Positions 12,401 through 24,506 of a stretch of 64,000 bases of DNA are shown here, in pieces. The stretch spans positions 651,199 to 715,198 of the forward strand of contig NMRA01000066.1 in the NCBI GenBank assembly GCA_002633005.1, read 5' to 3'. The notes under the pieces are model-generated. The model was given only the letters and a program-made list of their open reading frames with translations. It did not search any database and had not been told where the DNA came from. The number at the start of each line of letters is the position of its first letter. Position 1 is the stretch's first letter. Origin of the DNA: Phoronis australis. Lineage: Eukaryota; Animalia; Phoronida. The translations under genes were made by a program, and so were the position numbers.

Positions 12401-13982
12401 GGTAATTGGCTCATTAGGGCATTCACGCAAACAAAATAACCGTGTTCTTTCATGAAAGTGCAACACGGGCCTTCACGTTAACAACGCTTGTTTCTCACGG
12501 ATACAATTTTTTTCTCACTAACTGTAGTGTTGTTCTTGTCTCATACAGCGAGCAAACGTCTTTCCTCGTAGTTGTAGCGCAGACAAAACTGATACATTGT
12601 ACCCACACCTGTGCTCATGTGTCCTAACGGAAACTGAAAACATTTGATTCCTGGAGAAAGACATGTGTTCATAAAGCGAAAATGCGGTGCCTGAGAAAAT
12701 AATAAAATCTTCAAGAAAAAGAAAAACGTCAGTCAGAGCGGGGACATTTTCTAGCGTAAAACGAAGCTATAATTTGTATTGTTTCACGTGTCTTGTGCGT
12801 CTAGACATGGACAATCGATTTCAAAATGAGTTTTGGTATAGTCCCTAATCCACTGCACTAGTTTACATTCGGTCGTGACAAATCCTTCTCGCATAGGCTA
12901 ACAACTTACATCTGAGTCGCATGCTGGCTGAAACGCTAGCGTTTTCGCTGGCACCTTCGTTAGGAGAAAAAACACCAGTAACAAGGTCTACGCTCGCAAA
13001 GATCACTTTTACTGGCACTTTGTTGGAGGTTTGAGCTACCCCAAAACTTCTGACGTTTTCGTTAACCCTTTTGCAGGTAGACCACTTATTTCATAGGACA
13101 CACTCATGCAGTGTTGAAAGGCCTTGTTCTATCGTCAAATCGATAAATTTATGTCACACTGTGAACATATTTTGACACCAATATTCGCTTAAAACGGACT
13201 CGGGGGTTAGGAAACAAACTAACTGCTGTCAAAAAGTACTCCTTCCCTGAGAACTCGTCAGCCTGGCTAAAACTCTAGCGTTTTCGGCGCTATCTCTGCA
13301 CGATATCTCTGCAGCATTGCAATGGACAAAATAATATATGATTTTCCAGCTTCTGTGTTTCTCGCCATGGCGACCAAGGTAATGCATGTACGCTTTCCAT
13401 TTTTATTTTTTGATCACATCAATTGAAATAATATTTTAACTATGCTAAACAACGAATAGGCAAACTTTAATCATCTTAAGTTGTGGTTTCTTACCTGTTT
13501 GATTTTGCACCAAAGGCGAAACTGTCATTTTTTGTCTGGAGAAACTCTTCAAAGGGAAGACGAGCAGCGCTTCGTTTATGATCAGTAGCTTTTTGACGCC
13601 ACTTCCTCTCCAAATTTTGCAATTTAGCTACAGAAAACTTGGCTGAATTCGTCCAACTATGTTGGTTTTTCTTAAAAGTAATTATCATTGGGTCCTTATT
13701 TCGATAATCGTTCAACAACAAAGTATCGAGGTTGACCAACTTAATATTACACAGTGCATCCGAATGCGTTTCCTGCGACGAAACGTGCGACACCATCGCG
13801 TCGTCTGCTACCCGTAAAATTGTCGTGTGGTGTTGATGCGCTGTTCGCAGAAAGTGAAATCCGCATTTGTAGTGATATATACACAAACAAGTTACCGCCA
13901 AAACAAATGCTGATCCGAAATTTCTAAAACCTCTAACTAATGTGCTTTGTTTCCCATCACTGCCACTGTTCTCAGGCGCCAT
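3318..13982 (-). CDS. 9-exon JMJD8-like JmjC + TPR protein, 460 aa, N-terminal hydrophobic anchor, likely catalytically inactive
   Basis: Exons 13982-13495, 12228-12150, 9010-8872, 8279-8167, 7297-7195, 6637-6575, 4597-4452, 4070-3933, 3431-3318; all GT-AG and phase-compatible, 1383 nt with no internal stop. JmjC motifs WNGLISGQRRWFVYP and RPLECIQFPGDIVYIPENFYYAT; TPR-like helices C-terminally; ends SSEL*. Confidence 0.85.
3933..4070 (-). CDS. JmjC-TPR gene exon 8 (TPR)
   Basis: QGRVKEASKIFKRALKQKPGSAVYLEYGEFLTRQDNVPAALDQFLE; ttttcag acceptor. Confidence 0.85.
4452..4597 (-). CDS. JmjC-TPR gene exon 7 (TPR-like)
   Basis: NTEVMNMLAEYEYVTGNSTGAINILSQILLMDPYNTRACTTLAKTKER; ttttag acceptor. Confidence 0.8.
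6575..6637 (-). CDS. JmjC-TPR gene exon 6
   Basis: EVKVGFKKTLRQTRQLLVRLPG; pyrimidine tract + AAG acceptor, CAG|GTATGT donor. Confidence 0.65.
7195..7297 (-). CDS. JmjC-TPR gene exon 5 (JmjC C-end)
   Basis: PENFYYATVDSAQNIDVTVESIDRQDDTFSVLDK, equivalent to PxxWWHATLN; tttcag acceptor. Confidence 0.8.
8167..8279 (-). CDS. JmjC-TPR gene exon 4 (JmjC core)
   Basis: GVSRAFSPVTWLSSVYPKLTKKQRPLECIQFPGDIVYI; GTAAGT donor. Confidence 0.9.
8872..9010 (-). CDS. JmjC-TPR gene exon 3 (JmjC N-half)
   Basis: GDFATYISVSAATNYLSFKRGSELWNGLISGQRRWFVYPKETTPPG; GTAAGT donor. Confidence 0.9.
9803..10938. mobile_element. Non-autonomous foldback/MITE-like element with ~285-bp terminal inverted repeats
   Basis: ~9803-10088 is the diverged reverse complement of ~10655-10938 (e.g. 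gagagacctcttac / gtaagaggtctctc, aaaatccgtctac / gtagacggatttt); lies in intron 2 of the JmjC gene. Confidence 0.75.
10912..11459. repeat. Near-identical ~275-bp direct duplication flanking a single N; probable assembly overlap artefact
   Basis: 10912-11188 repeated at 11190-11459 with N at 11189; only a 7-bp indel and about one SNP differ. Confidence 0.8.
12150..12228 (-). CDS. JmjC-TPR gene exon 2
   Basis: ttttcag acceptor, CAG|GTAGGT donor; RFVLPDDFVSNQKLIDHVDIKHLLKLQ bridges phase 2 to phase 0. Confidence 0.7.
13495..13982 (-). CDS. JmjC-TPR gene exon 1 (MAPENS...AKSN)
   Basis: ATG in AAAATGG context at 13982; hydrophobic segment AFVLAVTCLCIY; donor AG|GTAAGA at 13494. An upstream in-frame ATG at 14135 is an alternative start. 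Confidence 0.8.
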
Positions 13983-16900
13983 TTTGAACGTCTGTGTCAA
14001 CGGTGCGCTGTAACGTCTTCCCTCGTCCCTGTGATTGACGGAAAGACTCGTCCTTCTTGGAGACCGTTCCCTTGCGAGTTCAAATGACCTTCGTCTACCA
14101 GTAGGTCGTATGGTCAACCTAGTGCCAATGGCCATGATGATTCGAGGTTTTTATGTCCACGAAAAACTGACAATCCGACCACTTATGACATGATCAACTC
14201 ACTTGATTAGTTACGTGAATGACCACTCCTTTCCTTTCCGAGGTTTCAAAAAGATCAATTCTCGGCCATTGCGTTTCAGTTGTTCTCGTAATTCTGCAGC
14301 TGAACTCTATTGCCGTTTAGAACGACGCCGCGGCATTAGACTTGTGTCTAACCACTAATCACTAGTTCGTCACTGAAGCCACCGTTGTCAATCGATTAGG
14401 GACTGTCATGTGAGCGGTTAGTTGTACATGGAAGATAGGTTCACCATATGCATCTCAAAAATACAGCACTGTGCCAGTTGATGACTTAACTCATTGGTTA
14501 AAACTAATCAACGGCTACTGCTCTTAATCACAAGCTGTAGAACCCTCTCTAGTTCTTTATCAAATGTGAAGTACATTGCACTAATACACGTACATATACG
14601 AATGAATAGACTGTGTTCGCAGCAATTTCCAACTTAAGCCGATAGTTCGAAGTGATTAAATTTAATTGCGCGTAGGAATTAATCATATCATGCTTATTAA
14701 AAAAATCTTGTGTAGTCAGCTTAACTACAATGGGGGGCTAATGCACGTATTGACCATCGCTAATACGACTACTAATAGTGCATTATTCACTGCAATAAAC
14801 TGTGGTGTTTTGCAAACTGACAATCTAGAATGTTAACACGAACAGCACTCACGAACATACTTGCCAACATAGTCAACAGATTCCCAAGACCCGAAGTGCC
14901 AACTTCCTTATTACCCTAAACTGTACAATGGTCCATGCTGCACTTGCTGATTTGATCAACACATTAGGCATTGTGTACTAGTCCCCAAAAACTGTGTAAA
15001 TGTACTTTACGCGTAGGGCTTGACGATAGAACACGCGTAAGTGTCGTCGGCTAAATGGGGAATCTCGAGTAAATTGTTGTTTGGCAGATGTGCGCACAAT
15101 CCAAATTTACACTTTGTGAACCCTATATTCCAGATACTTATCGAGATCCAATTCAAAATTTCGAGTTCAAATTCGAACTATCAATGAATTGTCGAAATAC
15201 TCATGTACTTGTATGACCACTATGTACTCGAGCACAAAATCTTAGACAAATATTTAGAGTAAGAAGAAGAAGTATCATAGAGCACAAATATAGAAAATTG
15301 CACGTGCTCAGGTGGGGTTTCGCAGCCCAGGTGTTTAGTTAATAAGCCATCTCCTTGGTGACTGACTACTCATGAGAACTTCGCTTGTCAAGTCATTTCA
15401 AATAACATACTAATTAACAGGTAAGTGGCTAGGGTGATTCCTACATCTCTCCTGCGCGTTATTATTCTATCATTTTGGCTTATACAATCGCCGAGGGAGA
15501 GTATAAATGCTACGTTCTTCAATATCCAATGACTAAACGCCGATATTATTGCGTTTTACTATCACTCCGTTGGGAAAACAAAGAGTGTACCTGTACGTCT
15601 CCTCAGCTATCGTCGAAATTACCAAGTGTAATAATAGGTCACGCAGTGATTATGTGGTACCTTTATTTCGCTAATTGAAATAGGAATTGAATAGAGCTCC
15701 CCTTTGTGATTGTGAGTGTTTGAGCTGACTATTTCATTTGTTTGGAGATACTCCATAGAAATTTCATTTATTGGTGAGTGTTTCGTCTCTATTGGTGAAA
15801 GTTTTGTATTTGTTGATTCTTTCATGACAGCGGGCGCGTGTTCTGTGACTCGGATGTCATTCGACGAGTTTAGTGGGCAAAACTAATCCACTCGAAAATG
15901 GAAAATTACCTGATTGGAAGTCGGCCAACGAAAGCTGAGTAACATACAAGAGCCAAGATTCACGCCAGTAACGCTATTGCAGTCACGTGCTTTAATTGCA
16001 ATGCATAACGATATTTTGCGAAACTTTCAGTCGCTTGTGTGTTGCATTTCCGGAACCGGCACTGGGTTAGCATAAAGTCTCTTTAGCGTTATTGCGATCC
16101 TGACGGCGGCAAAGAGGAACGAATGAGCTCTTAGACATTAAAGTGGCGTAGACTGTGAAAACCAGAAATCATTCAAAGTGGCTACCTGTCACTAAAACAG
16201 ATTTCAAACTGTTCACTGGGTATTTTTAAGGATTGTTTGTAAAGATTTCGAATTTCTGCTGATGTTAAAGCATTTTCCTTTAGTTTCAAATTTCAAAAAA
16301 GAAAACTATCTGTCAACTGCTTATCATTTCTTCAATTTCTCTCACACAAAACAAAGCACGTCTCATCATGTAGTATGGCAAGACATAGACGTTGCACATT
16401 TTTCCTATATGGAAAATGTGCGTTTTTAAACAGCATTATTGAATACTACGTGAACACTACACGTGGTAAAGCTTTTGAATTTTGAAAATCGGACAAGAAA
16501 TAGGACTTGTATAACTTTTGAACAATTTGCCCATTGCTTGAATCAGTGAGCTTATGAATATGACATACGGTACTTTTTTAATCAGCAGGGTGCATTGAAA
16601 TGTTTCATATTCAAAATTTTTGTAAATAATTTACAAAACCTTTCATGAGCTTTTGAAATATGATGTTGAGAAATATGACATCCAGTTATGACGTTTTTAG
16701 GGGACTATTTTACACATCTAGTAAATTAAACAGGAAGTAAGCAGTTCGTCGGTATAGAAAGATGGAAAAAATGTGCAAAGGGATAGCTACAACATCAACG
16801 AAAACGCATATGCAATCGACTAGGTGGGGTGATGATTTGAAGAAGTGCTATGGAGCATGCACAAAATCTTCACAAGTGGCAGGAGTGAGTGCGGGTGGTA

Positions 16901-17275
16901 TGCTGGCACGATGTCAATTTTCGCCTTGTCAAATTCCACTTGCATTGCGCTATTTCGAAGTTCATAAATTTCGGTTGATTTCTATTTTATATCATTTTTG
17001 TTTTCAATTTAGATCCTAACTCGGCCTAAAGTGGACGATCTCATAAACCGTTATAATGTTGAACCTATACTCTTTCTCCATAATGAAAAATCTGAATGAA
17101 CTGAGAATTCTCCATTATGTCATTTTTTCATTTGTTTTTGAACTTAGGTCAAGCCCATAGACATATACCCATATCTATGATCAAAGAACGGCACTAGTGT
17201 GCGCCATGCTAAGATCACAAAGCAATGCTTTACACTTCAGCGAGAATGCACGTGCTTTGGTTCTGCACTGACCAA

Positions 17276-20200
17276 TAGTCCAGTAATTCTAGGGTTCCAC
17301 AGAATCCAACCTAAAAAAATTGCAACAGAAGGTTTTCTTGCATAAATGGCATCTTCAAACATCCCTTGGTGACGGAAAAAAATTCTACCAAAATCGGAAA
17401 GGCGGAAGTCGGTTTTTCAAGATGGCGGAAAAATGGCTGCCAAAACCGGTGTTTACTGCTTTTTGGCATGTTACTCTTATGCAACAGCTCAAAATAACAC
17501 AGCAAAGCTTGTCATTGGTTGTACACTTTTCATAACAGGCATACCTATTAAAAGATGCCAATTTCTGTAAAATAAAACCAATATGGCCGACAAAATGGCG
17601 GCCGAAACGACAATTTGGTACATGTTGCAAAATTTCTTTTCATATTTTGCCCTAAAAATGACAAAATTTCTATGCATTTGTAAGTTCGACAATTGAAAAT
17701 ATCTGGACCTCACTGATGGTAACTTATTGGAGACAAAAACATCAAGATGGCTAACAAAATGGCCGCCAACTCACAAATAACTCCAGTTTACATGTACCTC
17801 ATGTGCATTCTGGAAACTTTGTTTGTAACCTGAGAAGCAATAAATAAAACATTTTACAATCTACAGTTAAGCTTAATGAGTTGATTCTTTATAAAGTTTG
17901 TTTTTATGATATAGGTACTAATTGTGGAATTTTAATCACATTTTAGATTAATTGACGTAAAATTTGGTGTTTTTCAGAAAAAGCATTAGTTATATTTTCA
18001 TAAAGAATTCCACACACTCAATTATTTTTCTGTAAAATATATTCATTTGAGGCATCAAAAATAATATTTGTTAGAAAAATATGTAATTCTGGTGGAATTA
18101 TTGGCTTATTTAGAACACAAACCCTGAATCAAATTGGGCAGGAAGTGACTTTTCTCTCTGCTATTGGAGATATTGTCAGTTGTTCCCATGCAAAGATTTC
18201 GTCTGCTACTGACATGAGTGGAGAATTTGGCAGCTGATTTCACCTGAATTTGATGAAAAATAAATTTGTGTAACAAAAAGTTGATAATTAAATGTTTAGC
18301 ATTTAGTTCTCAAAATTGCATGCTTTTAATGAACATAGGTAACTGATTTCAGAGGAAATTAGTGCCAGAAAAAACAAACGACAGTGATCTGCAGTCACTT
18401 GTTCTTAGCCAGGCTTGGCGGATTTCATATTGAGATGAGCTTTCTGGGATTTATTGGATAAGTAATGTCAGGCAACAGGTTTCAAGCTATTGACACAGTG
18501 TATGCACCAAACAGTGTGATCCACATATTAAATTGAAAAAGTGTGGATAGAGGAGTGAGGGAGCATTTGTTGGTAGACTCAGCACTGAATGTTATCATCA
18601 CAGCCAGAGCATCCAACATCCCACTCAGATTCCCTTAGCCCCAGACAACTTTTACGATGCCTATCCAGCACGCCCTTTGTATTGATGTAGATCTGAGCTA
18701 ATGAAGTGGAAAGGTAATAGCTAGCATTAACTGTCTCGACAATGGTTGTTGTTAGTACCCCCAATGTGGTTTTCTCTGACATTTGCAGAGTTACAGCCTG
18801 CAACTCTGGAGAGTAGTTTTACCTTGGTACATTATAAATATTACAAAATGACTAAAAAGGTTAACTTAACAAAGGGCCACTTCCCAAAGGAACGGTATGT
18901 TTCATATTGGTTTTCGTTATTTAATTTTTAATGCTTCTGCCCACTTGTTTTTTTTCTTACCGAAAACGGATTGATAACTTTTTATCTATGTTTTAAACTT
19001 GAAGTACCAATGAAAACACTGGTAGATTTTGATCGCCAGCGTAAAAATTAGTTAAGTTCATTGTGAGTCCATACCTGAACTTTCCACATTACAGGTAGCC
19101 CTACACTTAACATTTCACGTGTCATTCATTTATAACAACCTTTATTAGAACTCAAATCATAAAATATATACAAAAGTGAAAATATGGTGATAACCAGAAC
19201 TGAAGATTTGGAATTTTTGAACAATTTCGGTGGCACTGACCATATAACTATTTTAGCTCTTTGTCAGTAATAAAAAATGAAAAATGGGCACAATTTAAGT
19301 ACATTCCATTGTTTCCTGGTCTAAAATCTGATTAAACGAGATTGAAAGAATATAAAAAATGAATCTATGTGATATTGTTAACTCTGATCAGCGTTTGTAT
19401 ATCCAACGAGTATATCAATACGCGCGGTAGTTTATCTTCAATCGTACCCAATGGTTGTGGTTTTTAGATTACTAGTTCATGGATTTTTAAAAACCGGAAA
19501 CCGTATTTGATTGTTGTTTTTCCAACTCAATAGCGTTTTTAACGAAAATTATTGGTTAATGCATCTTGATGCATCACGTAAAAACAGAGATGTTTAATAC
19601 AGTTTATGGTCGGGTAATTGGGTCTTGCTCGCATCGGGCAATGCGGTCATCACAACTGTACCTGACACTTGCGCCGCGCTCTCTTTGGTCCTGGTACAAG
19701 CCCCTCAGAAGGATGAGCGGTGAAAATTCCTGCATATCTTTAGAAAGGCATGACTTCCTTGTAAGCGTATTATTCATGGTATGTGACAGATCAAGTAACG
19801 CCAATCCAGAACCAATGACTTCAGGATTTCAAGAACGAAGTTCCGGTTCTTCAGAAATTCCAGGAGTCCCGAATGTCACCAACACAGAACACATATTCTG
19901 TGCCAAGAGACAGAGCAATTCGATGCTTGTACACAAACGTTGGCTCGTCAGAATATATGGAGACAGATTTTTCAGACATCCCAACTGATGACATAACTAT
20001 AGATGTATACATCGGGACATGCAATGTACAGGCAGTGTCTTCCGATTCTGAACATTGGATTACAGTGAAATACACACACAATAGTTCACTCCTGGTTTCC
20101 GACATACTGCCACTGGTATATTTAAACAGTACTAAATCAGAGTATAGGTCTTCAGAATTTGCAGTGACAGAATGGTTTGTCAGAATAATCGACGGCCACT

Positions 20201-23074
20201 GGTATACTTGATGATGATTTGAAAGCTGGTCTGAAGCTGTATGATGATCTTATTGCTGGAATGACGTCTATGTGCGGAATCCATAAAAAACGAAGCACAT
20301 AAATCAGACTTAGTTTGCAAAGTCGAACGAGCAGTTTCTGGCTACAGTATATGAAAATGGATGACATCCTTCGACTTTTTCTAAAAGCAGAAATAACGTC
20401 AGATTGGGAACTTCACCTATAAGTAGTTTCTAATATGCTGTCGTAGTTTGCAGCTGCTGGTTACATCTCATATGCAAAATCTGCATACATATACTTACAG
20501 AAGATGCACAAACTCAAAGACACCCACCCAGACGTCTACAGCACATTTATTAACGGCCACCATGCCATAACACCAAGTGACAGATTCTGGGCTGGCTTTT
20601 CATCTGACCTTGTAATTGAACAAACCCTCATAAAAACAATTAAACCATCAGGAGGTTTAACTAGAGGTTGCGGGATAGGAGATACGCAGCATGTACTGTT
20701 GCTGCTTTCTATGCAGGTATGCATGCTCAAGTGTAAAATGGCGCGAAACAAGTGAGCAGCATAAACGATGTACCCTGACAAAGACATCCTCAGCCTTGTT
20801 GAATTCCTTCACAACAGAAATCCATTTGAAGGGGATTACAGAACATCGCCACTATTGTGACTGCAAGCACACGCGTCAATGCCGAAAATGTCAAAGAAAC
20901 GGGGAAGTCAATTCTTTTGTCTGTACAGGAGTCGCGTGTAAAATGCTTCACATTCCGAAATAAGACGAGGTTGTGGCAATGACAAGTCCACTAGTTCATG
21001 TTGCCAATATTGACTTTACACAAGTGGATCCACAACTGCTATTTCAGCGATTACTGGCAGCTGCAAAAGACAACAGTGAATGTTTATCAAGCCGTTTGAA
21101 GTTTGAGTTGTGTGTAGCTTCCCCCGCTCTTTTTGTAACATCTGGTCTTCCCAAAGTGGCTGAGCTGATACACTCTGATCCAGGGGAGCACGACCTCCCA
21201 TGTTAGAAGACTGGGTGGGGTAGTAGAAACTGAAGTTCACTTCAGTGGTGACATAGTGATCAATTCAAAAGAAGAAAGTTCACATTTTTGGCAAACAGCA
21301 AAAACAGACAGGCTGGTTGCACAAGGTCAAGGTGACGCAGATATTTAATTGTAGAAACAGCAGTAGAGAATGCAGCACAAGTTCCTACTACCCTCATTGC
21401 AGACGATAGAGACTTGATGGTTTTTTTGGGTTACCATACTACTTCACAACAATTTCCAATATTCAAGATCCGACAAAAGGCACCAAAACGAGAGGAGACT
21501 CCGTGACATCAAGAAACTACAGTTGTCTTTTGGTGCCCAAACTTTGGCGCTTTTGCCATTTGCGCATGCAATACGTGGTTGCGATACAACATCACGGCAG
21601 TTTGGTATTGGCAAGGCTCTCTCATTCATGAAACTTATCGATTGAGAATTCTGCGAAAAGGCTAGTAACTAGACTTGATGAACCTGAAGGAAGACATATT
21701 TGAAGCTGGTAAAAGATTTGGGCATTATGTACTTGCTATGGAAATTTAAATGACTTGCGATGCAGGCGATTTGAGGAAAAGGTGTCATCAAGCATAGCCC
21801 AAGTCCAAATACAGTCATTACCACCAACTGCTTCAGCAAGTCAATTCCTTGCTGCTAGGACAAAAACGAGAGTGGTGAAGTATCGGTGGCAGTGAGCTAG
21901 ACCCGCTGGATTGAGGATGAATGCTGGCAGGTGGAAAACCCATTCCAATTACAACCGACCAGCCAGCAGCACCAGAGAACCTGCTGATGGTAAGATGCTC
22001 GTGCAAGACCAACTGCAGTTCCAAGAGATGTACTCACAAGAAGTTAGAATTGCCGTGCTCGGTTGCATGTGGAGAATGCAGTGATATAAGCTGCAACAAT
22101 TCATTCTCAGTTGAAAGAGATTAGTTGTGTAAATACTTCTTAGTTGTGTATAGATTTTGATTACACACTGAGAATTACAGCTTTGGACACACCTGTAACA
22201 TCACTAAAGAGAACCCGAGTGGGAGCTGTTCAAGCACTTATAAACTGTTTAACTTGCCAAACATACCTTACTAAACCTTTCTCCTGTCTCAACTGTTGCT
22301 GTATTCACTAGCATTTACAACTAACTGGAGGTGACACAACCGGTCAATTGGTGTGGTTAGTAGATTGCTGAATTAATCGCGGAGAATTATTTTGGACACA
22401 ACAATTTTTTTACGGAGAATGACCATCCAGTCTAGCAGAACCTAATGTTTTTCACCCAAATAAGTTATTATCTGTTTAACAATCTTGAAAATGGTAGTCG
22501 TATCAATCAGAGCCAGACAAAAATAATTTTGATGGACATGTTGATCTCTGGAACTCCGAATATGAAATCTGTGAAGATGGCGTGTCTCTGTCTAACACAA
22601 AGCAACTATTTGGTGGCCATATTAGAAAATTGTGGAAGTAATCATTAGAGCCAAACGCAATGAGTCTCAATGGATTAGTTGACCCAGAATACCAATAATG
22701 CCATGTTTGAATCAAAACGATACACTAATCTGTTCGTGCGAAGTTGTGCGACTGGAAGTAGTTTTGGCGGCCATCTTGGGAAAATGGCGGATGGTGTCCC
22801 CGCAGCCATGCAAAACTATTTCCAATAGATTTGTTGACCCACAGAAGATACGTAAATCTTTTTGAATTTTTACTATATCACATTCCACTCTCGAGTTATA
22901 ATGGTCATACTCAAATCTGGCGGCCATTTTGTCCGCCATCTTGAAAAACCAACTTCCGCCACCCCGATTCCAGTTGACTTTTTTCTCACACTAAGGGGTA
23001 TGAGAGGATACAATCTATGCAATAAAACCATCAGCTGCAATTATTTCCGGGTTATCTGTAGAATGACTGGACTA
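17276..23074 (+). mobile_element. Degenerate Academ-like DNA transposon (~5.8 kb)
   Basis: Imperfect ~165-bp TIRs starting TAGTCCAGT..ATTCTA and ending TAGAATGACTGGACTA. Broken + strand transposase: LGGFHIEMSFLG (~18410), YAKSAYIYLQKM..SDRFWAGFSSDLVIEQTL (~20470-20650), XPG-like GCDTTSRQFGIGK (~21580), Cys-rich CSCKTNCSSKRC...CSVACGEC (~22000-22100). Confidence 0.8.
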
Positions 23075-24309
23075 AAATAAAACCATAGTACTTTACTGAA
23101 ATTATATGTTATAGATGATCAGTTTACTCTAGCACCAATAACAGTGACAACATCGGACGGAAAAGTAACAACAAGATAAATTCTGATTTTAACATAAAAT
23201 GTACGTTTTTGCCTTTCTATGTTATTATTGCGCGCAAATTGACATAAACAATAAACAGCATTGGGTACGGACTTTGTGTGTCGCGATTGCCTTGCATCTA
23301 CTGAACGCATCCTATCTTGATGAATGAAAACATTCGAGAAGACCTCGCCAGGAGACATCTTTGGGCCGACCCATTACAACTAAATGTTCAGTTCCAAATA
23401 ATGTGTTCACTTAAATGCAATGACCAAATAATGCCTATTGTCTTACTTTCGTCCACATCGCTGCGACAATTTCAGTGCTTTTCAAATAGCTGCGAACAAC
23501 ACCCTACACAATACGCTGCCTCGTCTTTATTTCAGCTCAATACAGCGGTCACGTAATATGGTGCGCAAAGCCTACTTACCACTTGGACGTACTTAACTTT
23601 GGAATGGTGATTTAACCGTGTTTCCATATATTGCTAGAGCATTGTCCGGACTATGAAAATTCCCCAATAATACAAAATCCAAAAGTTCGTCGGAGGAAGG
23701 CTTTAATGATGTCGTGCACAAGTGATTAGTCAATCGACTTACTTGCACACAATTTTAATTGCATTCTAAAGTAATGAACCAACAACACATGCATAGAAAG
23801 CGTGTATTTCTAATGTCTAGCAAATCACAAATGGTTTTTACTGTATAAACACGTCTCACGTCCATTTAATACAAACTTTTGGTTAAAATCAACTATAGTT
23901 AAGAAGTTGGAGATTACGCTGTAACTCTGGTCTAATTTGGAAGAACTGACAGCTTAATATTGCTTGAAACCATTGCCAGTAAGTTGTCTTGTCACATTTT
24001 GTGCATGATATTAAACTATAACGCATTGCATAATTGAGTTCGTTCTAAGACTTGGTATCTTTTGTCTCTTGAGAATGGAACAAGTCAAAAATCAGTTTTA
24101 AACCTGTCCATGCTCCAAATTACTGTTCTATTTTGCGACGGAAGATTGAAGAGTCTCATAGCATCTTCTTATGACTCGTTCAGTGAGCTAACTACAGTTG
24201 GGATACCAATAGTCCTGCGCATGATGAAATCTTCTGACGAATTTGCAAGCAGATATACTTATGTTTCGAGTCAGTCGGAGTGTCTATAAATGTCATAAGG
24301 TGCTACTGG

Positions 24310-24506
24310 TCAATTTCCATGGCTGCCGCACTTCCGGCAACGGCATGTGGGACAGCCGTTTTTGTCGTAGATCCTGCCGCATGCACATATGTTCTTACAC
24401 AGAGGTGGGCACGTTGGACACGGTTTGCACTTGCAGATTGGACAACCCTTAACTATGACGTTACCACAGGGACAGAATATCTCACAGACAGGAGGACATT
24501 GCTTTT
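24310..24506 (-). CDS. Copy 1 exon 4 (two antistasin-like modules)
   Basis: KQCPPVCEIFCPCGNVIVKGCPICKCKPCPTCPPLCKNICACGRIYDKNGCPTCRCRKCGSHGN*; not in the ORF track; 197 nt in all three copies. Confidence 0.9.
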
